Origin: Chrysomallon squamiferum
Lineage: Eukaryota > Animalia > Mollusca
DNA: 64,000 nucleotides
NCBI GenBank assembly: GCA_012295275.1
Contig: CM022665.1
Coordinates: forward strand, 33,666,001-33,730,000
Direction: 5' to 3'
The position numbers were made by a program, and so were the translations under genes. Positions 10,901 through 25,900 of this stretch are shown here, one piece after another. The notes under the pieces are model-generated. The model was not told where the DNA came from, searched no databases, and saw only the letters and a program-made list of their open reading frames with translations. Each line of letters begins with the position of its first letter. Within the stretch, counting starts at the first letter, position 1.

Positions 10901-13900
10901 TCAATGATTGTGTGAAGGTTTATTGTGAATGGCTGACTGCACTAATAGTTCCAAAACGATGTGTGCCAGCACCAGTAGTGGAAGACCCAAACCCTTATGC
11001 ACAGGATATTCTTCAACACTTATTAAATCTGTTCAAACCAAGGCTAAATACAGGTAATAATTGAAATAATTGTTGTTTTCTTTTTTCTTCAGACAGGCAT
11101 ATATTTAACTGATATCTGTCATATACCTTTGATATTTGTGAAAGACTAAAAGTAAGCCATATTAAGTTGATGTTAGGAACATACAGAATCCTACATTTTC
11201 TATCCAAAAACAGTGTTAATATTGTAGAAAGGTAGTCAGAAAAATGTTTTTACACTGGTGGAAGGTAACAAAATACAATCCATATATCTTTCAGTTATTA
11301 CTACTGCATCACCAAAGCTAATAATATTTAAAACATATTTTTATTCTTAAAATTTATTTTTTCAATTTATAAGAACTAATTATTATTTTTAAAATTAGGT
11401 GTTGATCTAGTTAAGCGACAGGCTCTGTTCTGTCACAGAGTTCTTCGTGCCATTGAAGGTGTTGCTAAAGAATCTTCAATCTTAACACGGGCTACATGGG
11501 AATCACTGCTAAAATTTTTGCTAGCTGCCACTGACAATCTTTTGTCACCACCAACTGAAAAAGGTAACTGAATTTAGAACAGAGAATATTTTATGTCATT
11601 TTTTAATTTTTTCAGTATCCTACCAAGTCTTTTATGAGTCGTTTTGTTGGTTTATAAATAATATGCAACAAGAATGGGTTTTTTGTTTCATTTTCAAATA
11701 TTTGGATGTAATTAATAAATCTGCATGTACAACTGTTTTAACATTTTTGCTGTTTCTAAAGATCTGTGTATTAGACATTTATATTATAATGCATATTTAG
11801 CTATTTAAAATCGTATATAATTGCTTTTATTTTGTGAAAAAATACAGTATAGTATATTCCATAAAAGAATTTTGGATTACTTTAGTATGGACAGTATACA
11901 GTGCAAGTATATTTCACCTCTTCCCACCCAAAAAATATATATATATAAAATACAGAATACAAAATTTGGTAATATATAATTAATAAATGTATTTATATTT
12001 CTGTTTTTCTTTTTTTATATTTCTTTAATTTTTGTTTTCTTTGTCATTTTAAAGGTTTATTTTGGTACACATAATTTGGGAGTAATGTTTCCATATTGCA
12101 ATATAAAGCACTGGTATATAATATCAACTATTTTGTTAGAATAAGAACAACCAGAAAATAATTAGTTCAGTATAATAATTTTATTTAATCTTTAATCTTT
12201 TTTTTTCTTTGAAGAATAATAAAAAAAAAAGAAGAAGATAAAAATGGATAATTAATTAAGCTTTCCCACAGCTTCAGTTCTTACATTTCTATATGTGTTG
12301 TGGTTAATTTCAGCATGTTTATCATTTGATAGATTTATACTAATAATGTGTACAGCATTCTATGTTTGTTTGTTTACTCATGCAGACGATACAGGATTAA
12401 GTTCAAGTAAGTTGTGCTATCTAAGTAATAACAACAAGCAAACTTGCTAATTCAATTTTTTGTTTCTCACATGATTTTTATAAAGCTTATTCTCATTCTG
12501 CTTTTTAAAAAAAAAATAAAAAAAGATTACAGACAAGTTGCACACAGACATAAGACAACAAAGCCATCAATTTAACACACAAAATATATGTATACATGTG
12601 CATGTACTATGACAAAAAAACCCCCAGCATTTTGCTTAAAATTAAATAATGTCAAGGGAAACACCTATCTAATATATTACAAACAAAATAAATGTCACTA
12701 CTGCCACTTCTGCAGATTAATTTAAATTATTCCTTTTTATCTTTATGAAGAATTCTAATGATAGATTTAGGAACAGTTATTCTAGATGAACCTGATAAAC
12801 TCCTAATACCTGAGTACACTAGGTTTCAGTCCTTTATGGTATTTAAGAAAACTACTTAGTAAGACAGCAGTAAAGTTTTTATCTGTATATATCTACACAT
12901 TAATCAATAAATATTATAAAGATATTCTAACTGCCTTTTCAGTTTATACAATCTTTTGCTAATTAACAAATACTTTAATAAATACTTTTCCACAGTAAAA
13001 GTAATAAAGTTTCCTGTTACAAAACTGCCTTATTTTAGTAAATAGGTTGTAAAACTCTCTGTCATGTATTATTTTAATTTATCTTGTTATTAATGACAGA
13101 ATTGTATTTAATAACATAAACTAATGAACAGGATCATTAATTGTTATACTTCTGTGTATATGAAGTTATAACCAAGTGCCACAATGAAATACAATCTGAT
13201 ATGTTTTACAAATTAATTAAAATTTACTGGAGGTGAAGTAGCACAGATTAGAAATGGGTAATGTGGGATAGGTAACTGCTTTTTATTTAATTTGTTTAAG
13301 CTGATGAGGTTCATGGATGCTTTTTTGATTTAACTTTCTATTTAAATACACAGAATGCTTACACTAAATGATAGGTGTGTGAATGGAATGGAGATTTTTA
13401 AAGCACTTTTTAAAAATAATAGTTTTTTTTTTAGTTTTATATAGTATGACTGCATGAAAAGCACACATTTTACTTTCTTTTCTTTCTTCCTTTTTTTAGT
13501 TTAATTTAATTTAATTAATTTTATTTTATTATTTTATTATATTTGTTTATTTATTTAATTAAATGTTTTGGTATATTGTAAGAGTTAACTGTTTATAGAA
13601 AATAATCGTTATAAAGGTGTTTTCCTTTTTAAAAACAGTTTGAGACCATTAAATGTCACATAGAGCTTATTTCATCATCATCATGATGTACAATCTTTTT
13701 TTTTTTTAGTTTAAAGCTTTCCATATAAAAATTAACATATCTTATGATAACACAAAACAACAGATTTATGCTTATATCATAAGCTTATTTAATAAAAGAA
13801 CTGCCATTTAATTATTAAGCAATTAATTTTCAAGCTTTATGTGTGCATAAATGTGTTTTCAATTTTACTAAAATTACATATATATAGAAACATATCTCCT

Positions 13901-16900
13901 CTGTCGGGAGAATGCTTAAACTTTATTTAATATCTTAATAAATGTAAATTCAAGTTTTTAAAAAGTAATGGGTAAAATTAGTAAAATTGAATTTATTTTA
14001 AGTGTTTAAATCTTTGTCAAAAATGTATCTTTAGATCTCAGTGTTTATTTATATTTTATCCATTTATCATTGTATTTTAGTTAGGTTTTTGGGTTGTTGG
14101 CTTTTTTTAGTGAAAAATGACTGTTTAGCTTTTTATATTTTTTATTTTTTATTTATAAATGCAGACAATGATTACAGACATAATTATTATTAATTACAGT
14201 TAAATAGATAATGACAGATGTATTTATTGTTTTGTCCTCATTCTTCTTTCAATTTTGATCACATCTAATTTTCTGTTAAAAATTTCACAGAATGAGTCCA
14301 AGTTTCATGATTTGAAATTATAAACCATAGTACAATGTACATTTGATATTGCAACAACAGTGCATGTTACCCCACTAATAACGTGTATTATAAATTTTAA
14401 AAAGACATGTGTTTATGGTGATACATTATGTGAAAGAACTGAAAAGAAGTAACATCAATATATGTAGGAATTAATATTTTATCTTGTTTTCTTGCCACAT
14501 TGTTTATTATTAAAGATGAAGATATAATTTTTAAGTGCGTAAGAGTTTTGTATTTAAGATTGTAATTTAGTTGTTTTGTTTGTACAGATGACATTGGAGA
14601 TCACCTTTGTGAGAGAGTTCTCAGTGTTCTGTTTGGAATCTGGATGATCTCCTGCTCCAAATGTTTTCCGTCACCGTCTCTGTGGAAGACTTTCAGCAAC
14701 ATGTGTATGTTCTGGCGACATCATGAAGCTCTAGTCATCCAGTGGCACAAAATAAACCATGCCCTTACTTCACTGCTTGTTAAAATGATGTATGGACCAA
14801 ATTACCCTGAACTCCATGTCTGTAAGTTCAGTTCACATTCATAGATTAATCCAATTGATATGTCTTTATTTATGCTTTTATTTCATTATTTTTTAGTTAA
14901 CATACTTTTCAGATTTAAATAATGTGAAGAAATCTATACAGAAGAAAAATTTAAATACTTTTATATCATCCTAATTTATTTTATAGTATGATATTGATTC
15001 AATTCATTTACTTATTCTGCAGCTAATTTTGAAATGAAAGGCATACTAAAAATAAACAAAGGTTATTAAAATTATTTATAGGTGAAGATGATGCAGCATT
15101 GATACCAACTGACACAAGTGATGAGTGTATCACTCAATGCTGGTTTCGGTTCCTGCACATTATACAGAACCCAGTAGATCTGAGCAAACCAATGATTATA
15201 GGAAACACACAGCGCTTTTTACAGTATGCTCTTACCAGCCAAGATGTAGTGGAGCCAAGCCAACATGAATGTCTGCAGAAATTGCCAATGATCTTCTTCA
15301 AAGCCATGAGAGGGATTTCAATCATGATTAATGCCTTTTTGGGTAGAGTGAAATATACAAACACACACACATACGCCCACACACACACACACAAACACAC
15401 ATACACACACAGATACACACACTACTATTATTTATGGGGGAGTAAGGGAAATGTTTTTTTTTTTTTTTTTAATATTTCTATTTTATTAATACCTTTTTTT
15501 TAAAATTTATTAATATTATAATTATTATAATTTTATAATTTTTGTTGTTGTTGATAGTGATAAAAGTAGTGTTAGCAACAAGGTGTTTTGTTATGTCATC
15601 ATACTCCAACATTCTTATTTAATCCACTGTCAGACAAAGCTTTAGTATCACAATAAGTTAAGTTATATCTGTTATATATTATGATATTAAGTGATCAGTG
15701 AAAGTAACATTATTTTGTGAACTTTGCTGTTTTATCTGTTTTATTCTATGATAATGTTGATATATGACATGTTTAATCAAATTCAGGTCAAAATTATATT
15801 TTGCATTTGTTTGTTTGTTTAATACTACTGTGTTCTGATTATCTCTGTTCAGGACTTCCACAGTCAGTTAAAGAAGAGAACTTGATGGCTCTGCAGTCAT
15901 CATGTAAACAAGTGACAGTACAACCCTCCACCCCACCTGGAGGGAGAAAGATTGTAAAGCCTATGCAAGTCTTAGCAGGAACTCTAACACAAAAATGTAA
16001 TTAATTAATTTTATATTATAATTTAATTACAGAAATGTCTTTCATGACATAAACTAAAAACATAAAATTTCCATAGTGAAAAAGAATTGTGCTGATTAAT
16101 TTAAATTTTAACTTATTGCCAGACAATCATATGTTTGCTGACAGTAATTTCAACATTTTAATTTTTGTAATTTAAATTTGTTTTTTAACTATTAATCTGT
16201 AATACATTTCAAAACTGTATATTTTCAGTTCTTTATTTTATTTTATTTTTATTATTAATCACTAATATATTTTATAACTATATTTTATGTTTTTAAAAAC
16301 TATTCTAATGTTACTATTTGCAGCACAATCAAAAACAAATTCTCAGTTTTCTCAGAAACATATGCAACAACTAAACCTTACCCAGACACAGTTGTGTTTG
16401 GATCACCGCTTGCCTTTTCCACCCAGTCGACCACGTTGTAACAGTCTTTTACATTTATTTGGTAACTGGCTCTTTGATGCTGCCTTGGTTGGTGTTAAAC
16501 TTCATTCATCACATTCTGCACCAGGTAATTTAGTGGTTACCATTTTTATTCAATTTCCAAGATTTAATGGTAACCACTATATTTATATATATATATTTAG
16601 AAGTGTACTCTGTTGAAGGTTTTCATTTTTAAAAATATTTCTTATGGCATTTATACTTATTTTTTTGTTACATTTTTTAAATAGTAAATATATTCTATGA
16701 ATCCATGGCCATTTTTAAAAATATATCTAAAAGTTTTAACAATTTTGATACATTTTAATTGTTATTGTTTTAATTACATGATAAAAAAGTAAGTGATATT
16801 TATAAATCAGTATCTGAAAACTGAGTATTTTATTATTATGACTATTACTATTAGTATTTACTATTATTGTTGTTGTTAGTTGGAATTTGGTAAAAATCAC

Positions 16901-19900
16901 AAGATTTAAAAAAAAATTAAGCTTTTTCCTTTTTCTGCTCTTTTACAGAGAGAGCTCATCGAACCAGCTCATTTCTAGAAACACTGACCCCAGAACAAAT
17001 AAGTCATGATGTTCTGGGTGACAATACTTATGAAACTGGGAGGGCTGAGGCATGTGGGACCCTGTGTCGAATGTTATCATCACACAAAACAGGAGAAGAT
17101 ATTCTTCCTGTTTACTTCTCACGATTTTATCTCTGCATGTACTATGGACTTCAAACAGATGAGGTATTCAATAAAGTGCTATTTCTGTCATACAGTTGGT
17201 GCATTATAAATTTTGGTGATAACATAATGTTCATATTATTGATAGAAATAGTAGATTGTATAAAATGTATTAAATACTAAGTAAGTGGAATTACAGTTAA
17301 TTGCAGATAATACATTTGAATTTAAAAGCCTGATAAAATAAAACATGATTTGTTACTTCTTTATTCTCCTAATTATTGCAGGTTTGCATTTCTCTTTTGT
17401 TTGTTTAATTCTTTATATATATTTTTTTAATATTATTATTTGTTTAATTTAATTTAATTTAATTTAATTTAATTTGTTTTCTTTCTGTTTGTCAGAATAA
17501 CATCAGTGGACAGGTGTTAACCCACATACTTTTCAACTCCTGTGACCTTCTCAGAGTTGATCTTGCAGGTATTCAGATACTAGTGCCATATTTCCTTAAT
17601 GCCATAGAGTTGGTGCTGAGAAAATCTACTTCTGATTTCAGGTTGGTATCAGTTATTCATTTGTTGGTATTTCTAATCATCTGTCATTTTACTCTGGATT
17701 GAGAAAAAGCTCATCTGAAATACAGAAAATGATTTCTGAAAAGAATTAATTATACATTTAGGTACAATAATACGCATAGGTAACATTTGTATTCAGTAAT
17801 TGCAATACAGTTCATCAACAGTTTCAAATTAATATCATTTTAATATCTTATCAAGTAAATATTTATAAGTTCTAATGACTGTTTATTGATTTATTGCTTT
17901 TACATTGTAGTCATTGTGAACATATCACTTATCATGAACTGAGAAAAGCCTGTATCCACTTACTTCTGTCCATGCTGTGCCTTCCTTTGCATTTCAAGAA
18001 CTTGGAAATCAAAAGTATGTTTATTTTGCTTATGAATTTTCATTGTTTTATCTTTTATTTTAAAAAAAACAAGACAAAAAAGTAATAAAGTAAAAAATAA
18101 ATTATGTTGTTTGCATATCCATCATAATATTTAGTTTTTCTACATTCTCTTAACATTAATACATTGATTTTTGTAAAAAATATTGCATATAATTTTACTG
18201 TAAATATTTTGTTTGCTTATAAATCAATGTATAAAAATTTATAATTTACAGGTATTCAGTGCAGTCAGCAGTCAAGCAAAACTATGACATTCTTGTCTCT
18301 GAAACCTAGGATCACTGATCTGCTGCAGAAAGCTTTGTCAAATGAAACTGAAAGTTCTAACACTCAGATGTTGTTAGGTAAGTTTGCGTTCTGTATCTAT
18401 ATTGGTTTGTAAGTTTTACTGAAAGTAGATTTTCTGTTTACAGGGGTTTTGTTGATTTCTTCTGTTCAATACTGAGTATATTTTTAAAACTTGTTTCAAA
18501 TTACTGCTAAAGGTATGTTTTGCTTTTACTGTTAATAAATATTATGAATGTTATAATACTATTTCAAAGCTGGGAGATATTAAAGGGATGATATCCTGAA
18601 TATACTTGACATGAATCATTAAAAGTTTTTTTGAATTATCTGTTTCTTTTTATTATTGATTTCAAATATGGTGCACAATGCTTTAACCAACATATCTTTT
18701 TGTGCATGTATTTGCAAACCTTATGGGTCTTTCTGTGTCAAATCGACCAAAAAAAAAAAAATTTTAAACCCAACCATCTCAGATTTTTTATGAAACTTGG
18801 TATATTTGTTGACTGGGATCCCACAGTACCAAAGCTGCAATTTTAGGCCAATTGGACAAGTGGTGTGGGAGATACCCCCCCCCCCGAATTTTTAGATTTT
18901 TGCCCAAAATGGGTGTGACCACCAACCTTTGAACCCTCATATCTCAGTAACTACTTGGCCAATCTTCATAAAATTGGCATTGTTGAAAAGGCAATATAAC
19001 AAGGATTCCAAATTATTGTTCAGTTTGGAGAATATGGGGTACTCTGACCTTTTGACCTTTGTTATGACCTTGAAACTGACCTTGTGGATCTCGTGACCTT
19101 GAGATGACCTTTCTTGAAATTTAATCTCCCACATGTTAATGAAAACATAAAAAAGTTTCAGAGGAGTAATATTCTTTGTTTAGCAGCAATACACATTCAA
19201 AAACTGCATGTCCATGAAAATAACACCTTTTCTGTCATTAACATCTGATTAGCTCAAATCTGAATGACCAATCCCTGATGCTAGGAATCACCATCTCTTG
19301 GTAAATGTACCACTATTCTTATATTAGTAGACATAATAGTAGTTGAAGTAATAATAGTAAAAGTTGTAGTTGTAGAAGTATCAGTATTGTAGTACTATTA
19401 CTACTACTGCCAGTAATAATAGTAATAATAGTAATAATGATGATGATGATGATAACAATAACAATGATAATAATAATAGTAATTAAAGCAATATTAATGC
19501 TACAAGTAGTAGTAGAAATTGTGGAAATAGTCTCATAGATGTAGTAGTAGTAGTGGCAGTAGGTAGTAAGAGGTATAATAGCAATGTAGAGTGAGTGTTA
19601 GTATAATTAGTAGTACTAGAAGAAGTGGTAGGATTAATTACAGTGCTAGTAGTAGAAGAAGTAAAATAAGAAATAGCTATTGTAGTAGTTATTGATATAT
19701 GGTGATGCTAGTAGTAGTAGAGGTAGTAACAGTATTTGCGATAATAAAAGTAGCAGCAGCGGTGATGATGGTGGCAGTAGTAGTTGTTCTAATAATAAAA
19801 GTAGTAACAGTAGTTATGGTAGAAGTACTGGTAGTGGTGGTAGTAGTAGTAGGAGTAGCAGTAGTAGCAGTAGTAGTAGTAGTAGTGGAGGTGCAGGTAA

Positions 19901-22900
19901 TAACAGGAGCCTAGTGGGGTTTATAATAGTAATAGCAGTACTAGAAGTAACTACTAGTACCAAACATTGTACCATCACTGGTAATATTGTCAGTAGAAGA
20001 AGATGTAGTATTAGTTGAAATAGTTAGGAACAAAAGGCAGTGGGAATAGACAGAGTAGTAGAAATTTCTAATTGCCATGTGCTCAGTGGGGATTTTACCA
20101 GGGGATTTCAAAGAGTTCCTGACATGGCACCCTTCTTGTTAACCCTTTGGGCCTGATTGTGTAGAACATGTCATGACATTTGGCATCTTTTCATATCCTT
20201 CAGGCATTTCTTCAGACATGTCAGGTGGGTTTTGACTCCAAAGATGAATTTTTGGTCTCAGAAAATGTAGAAAATGTACATTGTAATGCACTGTATCAAT
20301 CATCCATGCAGGTATGCATTTTTTGAATCTATAGTATGGCTAAACAAAAAAAGATTACACCTCTGAAACTTTTATATGTTTTAGTTAACATGTGGACAAT
20401 TAAATTTCAAAAAAGGTCATCTCAAGGTCATGTGATCCACAAGGTCAATTTCAAGGTCATAACAAAGGTCAAAAGGTCAGAGTACCCCAACATTCTCCAA
20501 ACTGAACAATCCTTGTCATATTGCCTTTTCAACAATACCAATTTTATGAAGATTGGCCCAGTAGTTCCTGAGATATGAGAGTTCAAAGATTGGTGGTCAC
20601 ACCTATTTTGGCCGAAAATCTCAAAATTTGGGGGGGCCATATCTCCCACACCACTGGTCCGATTGGCCTAAAATGTCAGATTTGGTGCTGTGAAATCCCA
20701 GTCAACAAGTATACCAAGTTTCATAAAAATCTAAAATAGTTGGGTTACAGAGAAAAAGAAAATGATAGTGAATGCATTAAATGTTTTGTGTTATTGTTCA
20801 ATTTGTAGACTATTTATTTTTTTATTTTTCATTACTGATTTATTGATATTTGGTTGGAGATGTTTACTGAAATGTGTTATTGCAGGAGGACTAATGCTGC
20901 TTGTTCAGGACATGGCCACGTGTGAAGAAGCTGAGAGGCAGGTGAATCGGACAAATAAAGAAAAAACAAGGGAAACAAATACAGGTACACCATCTATGTT
21001 TAGTTTTTGTTCACATGGGTTTTTCTTTGTACCTTTTTCATTTTTATTGATAATATTTAGGAAAATGAATATGTTGGAAGCTTAATATAATTAAAACCTT
21101 TTTACTTTTAACATTTGTTACAGTGATATTAATCAGACCAGTTTCTCCTCTTTTAATAATCATCCTGTGTAAATTGTTATTTCAGACAGTGCATACTGGC
21201 TCTTTGGTCATGCCACTTCCCTTGTCTGTAACCGACTAATGGCATCATGGAAGTCAGAGCTCAACACAGCACTGGCAGCAATGGAACTGTTGGCTGGCTT
21301 GGCTAAAGTATCAATTTATCCACCAAACACTCTGATGTGTAAACGCACTGTCAAGTGGATCTGCGACTTCATTGTTTACCAGTGTAGTCGACCTGCTCCA
21401 TCTCATTCACGAGATCTTCACTCCATGATAGTCGCAGCTTTTAAGTGTCTTCTGCTGTGGTTAGTGGAGCACAGTACCTTGTTATATGACAAGGAATGTC
21501 TTCATAATGTGCTTGAAGTTGTTGAACTCGGAATTTCAGGATCAAAATCACAGGTATATTGCATTAATTCAGTGTCTTGAAATCTTTTCAGTAGTACACT
21601 TTCAATTGCATGTACATAAATAAATTGGCTTAATTTCAGTTTATTTTGATTAATTTAGTTTTGAATTAAACTTTCTTTTTTTTTTCTTTTTTTCTTTCTA
21701 TTAATTTTATCCTTTTGATTTTTTTAAGTCTTTTTTCTTTTTCTTTTTGTTTAATGGAGAAGTGTTTATTGTGAAGAGTGTTAACTAATTCAGATTAATA
21801 ATTGAAATATTAAAATTGCAGTTTTTGTCACTTCATTCTTTACAAAACAGAAATACATTATTTGCTGAAACTGCTATTTATAAAAGAAATTAAATATTTC
21901 TCCTTTTTAATGTTTTTAATATAATCAGCACACACTTGCTTTATATATTTTGTAAAAGTTCATTTTGTATTTTTTTTTTTTTCTTTATTAATATCATTAT
22001 TATAATTATTTTTTTTCTTCTTTGTTTTTTGTAATTAATTGTATTTATTTAGATTTCTATTTTTTTATGTTAAAGTATGTTGATTTCAAATTGATTTTCA
22101 GGGAAACGTACAAGAAAGTTTGAACTTAAAATCTAAAGTTGATGAAAAATCAAAAAATGTAGCAGCCAAGGTATTAGGCATTCCCAATGCTGCAGGAATT
22201 TGCTATTATTCCTACTCACTGGTCTGTTGTAGTTACTAATAACAGTTATCTCTAAAGCTTGCTTTTCAGGACTAAACACATGTTGCTTACTTTCCACATT
22301 AGGTTTTAGATATCATGTAAAAGTTGTTTTCTTTATAATTGATATAACATGTTTTTTAAGTCAGTAAATATACCTTTTAATTAATTTACATTTGCTGAAA
22401 TATTTCAAAATATCAATCTCTTTACTTCTCTACATTCTTATTAAAGTTATTTTATTGAAATAATGCAAAATTTACTTCTGCCTATTTTTAATTTTTTATA
22501 CTAGTACATCCAAATGAATGGTTACTGATTTTTCTTTTTTCTTTTTTAAATATTCTCTTTCTTTTCTTTTATTATTGCTCATTTATTGTCTTGATTTCTC
22601 GTTTAATATTATTATTTAGAAAATAGTCATTAAGAAGAATAATCAACTATGTATTAATTAGTAACCATAGTAGATTATTTCAGTCCCAACTGTTTTCAGT
22701 ATTATTTTTTATTATTTTGCATGTAGTTTTCTTTAGAGTGGATGAGATTGTTCATGGGTAGTTATTAAGTGGTTGATAGGTTGATGATATTACTGTTTTA
22801 GTGTCAGTACAAAAGGCAGGACAACTCTGTAAGAACAGATAGTTTGAAGCTGAATAGTCAGTTTATGTGGCAATAGATTATCTGCAATAAGAATTTTGAA

Positions 22901-25900
22901 AAGTGGAAGGGCTGTATGTTATTTTGAGTTACAGCCTAAGTATTTAATATTATTTTATAAGGTTGCAGTGTGAGATAACATCTGTAGTGCTCAAAAAGTT
23001 AGTTTTGGCAGTGATGTTTTCTTTGATACATATCGCAACAAACAACCAGCACAAAATATTTTCATTATCATTGGTGCTGAAAATGAGCCATATTTATTTG
23101 TGTCAGAAAATATTTCTTATTATTTAATTTTGTTCACAGCGGTTTGAATGTTAATTAATATTCCACTTTGCAAATGATATTTGAAATAGACAAACTTCAG
23201 TAAATCTCTGCTGCTTTTTCTTTATTTAAAATGATAAGTTTTAAGTTGCAAACAAAAAAAAGTACAGAATATATATTGGCTTGATAAAATTTATTTCCTG
23301 TCTTGCATATATATATTGTTACTAATATTTTGTGTCTGTAATATTTATTGTGTTGCGATTGTTTGGAAACATCTTGAGGTAAAAGAAAATAATTAATCAT
23401 AATCAGAGGCATTATGCCTCATTTGAATGTTAAGTGGACATTATTTATTTAAATCTTAATCCTGAATTATTATTATTATTGTTCTTATTATTTTATTAGT
23501 ATTGTTGGTCATACTGATATTTTTATGATTAAATAATTATATATATATTTCAGCTTTTCAAAATATCTCAAAATATATATTTTTCATTATTATTTTTATT
23601 TTTATTTTTTTAATCGTGTTTCCAATTACATGAGTATTTCTTATTGTTATAATAAATTAAAAAGACAATATTTAATTTTTTATTACTATTATTATCATTT
23701 TTATTTTCTATATTTTTATATTTTTGGGCTATTACATTTTCTCAATTAAATGAAAGGTAATGAACAAAAAAATAAAATACTTTTCAAAATTATAGTTAAT
23801 TTTCTTTCATGGTGCATTTATTTTAAATTGCAGGTAATCTTTCTTTCCCATAAATTTAAACTTTGTATATGATTTATATGTGTACTTATTTTGGGATTTA
23901 TTTTGTAAACAAAGGTTTGTACTTGTGGGGGGTTTTTTGTTTTTGTTTTTTTAAATTTTATTTTATTTTATTTTATTTTACTTTATTTTGAGTTACAGAA
24001 CCGTGCAAGTGACCCTCCAAAATTCAAAGGAGACAAGCAGTTAATGCCAGCTTCAATGAGAGTGAAGGATGCTGCTGAAGCAGTTTTGACATGTATCATT
24101 GATCAAGTAGTAAGTACTTATCTTTTATTTTATATCATTTTATTGGTTGTTTTCCTTTTATTTTATTATTATTATTTTTTTTAAAATTTCATTATTACAT
24201 TAAAAACCAAAAAAGTAAATAAACTAAAAAAAAATATAATTTCATAATTAAATATACCTTTCTTAGTATATATAAATGAATACGCGAAAATCATACTCAC
24301 TTCACAAGGAAAACTGTTTACCATAGAATGTTAAACAATAAGATTGAATGACTTCTGAACTTTTGATGTAAGTATGATAATTTTCACATGATGAAGATGT
24401 CATATAAAATTTAGATTTTATAATTGTTTATACCTTACATACATTAAAAGAACAATATCATTTTAGATAATGTGTTGAATTTGAGAGACTTTCAATTTCA
24501 GGGAGCCTTTCCTCCTCCATGTGGGCCAGAATCTCTCTTTTCTCTCCTTGATGAGAAATCTCTTCTTCGTTACACTAATGGCAATGGATTAGTTGAAGGC
24601 AAATCTCCCTTCCGATACTACGTCATTGATAACTCTATCATTGTTGGTTTACTGGAACAACCACTAGGCAGTGTGGAAGGTAAATTTAGTTTTTTTTAAA
24701 TTGTTGTACTGAATGTTAACTCATCAAACAAAACTTAAAAGTACATTGGTTTGGACATATTTTATTATTTAAAAATAAAAAGTACCATCGTTGCAATTCT
24801 GAACAACATTAAGCATTTTAATGTTTTGAAGTATCCACATGTAATGTCTTAGTTATTTGTTTTTTTATGTAATAACTGGTTTTTATTTTCATCTTGATTA
24901 TTAATATTTCTTTCTTCTGTTTTTGATTAACAAACACTTCACATTGTGTATTGTTTTTATGTTTTTTGGGGGGTCTTTTGTTATTTTTTTTTTATACACT
25001 TTCTTTTTAAAGGTTACTGTTTCCTTTTCTTATTTATTAATTATATATAATTTGAGTTCAAAAAAAATTTATTTTTCAGATCCTCTTCCTACTGTGACAG
25101 CTTTAATCCGAGGTCCTTTTGGAAGACATGCCTGGACAATGCAGCTAAGACATTCACCAAGAAATCAAAAAGTAAATTAATACACACTGCAGATTGATTA
25201 TTTTTTCACTGGGTATATGGGGCTTCTTCTTTTTGTATATTATATTATACCCATTGTTTTTTTGTGGGGGTTTGGCAGAAACTTTATTAATTACTTTTTT
25301 TTTCTTTTTTTTTTTGCTCTTAGTTACCTTTGTTTTTATTTATATAATCAATGAAGTTTTTATAGATACACTTATTTTAAATGTAAATATATTACATGTT
25401 TAATTCCCTGACATTTGTCAATTTTCTTTTTCATGTAGGGTCAGCCAAAAGATCCATTAATAAACCCTGGTCGTCCTACACCAAATAATAATGTCGGAGT
25501 ACATCATAACGTGGAACACAGATATTTTCCTGAAAGCATTGATAAAATACCACTAACCAAAGCGTGAGAAATTTACTTTACTTTTACCAAAATACCAAGG
25601 ACTCACACTTTTTGTGAATTTTGGCTGATGATTACCATGAGCCAAACTTCACAAAAAGCATGAGTATATGATCAAATTAATTGGTTTTAGGTTTCATGTA
25701 ATATATAAATACCACTTACAGAGTAATGAAAAATTCCCATTTCTTAATATTTATTTTGCAGCTGATTAATGTACCTTGCAAAGGTTTTGCTGTTTGTATG
25801 TTTTCAACTTGTATTTTAGGTTTAAAAATATATATGGTTTATAGTTAAATAAAATTAACATACTTCTGATTAATATATTTTTTAATACAAAATTACACTT

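Noticed and set aside
13233-13271. Another possible small exon in RALGAPB intron 3
   Set aside because: Weak acceptor; the 39-nt version has an in-frame TAA and the 25-nt version shifts the frame.
19692-20018. Poly-Ser and poly-Val ORFs
   Set aside because: Translations of the AGT/GTA trinucleotide tract inside a transposon; no splice or homology support.
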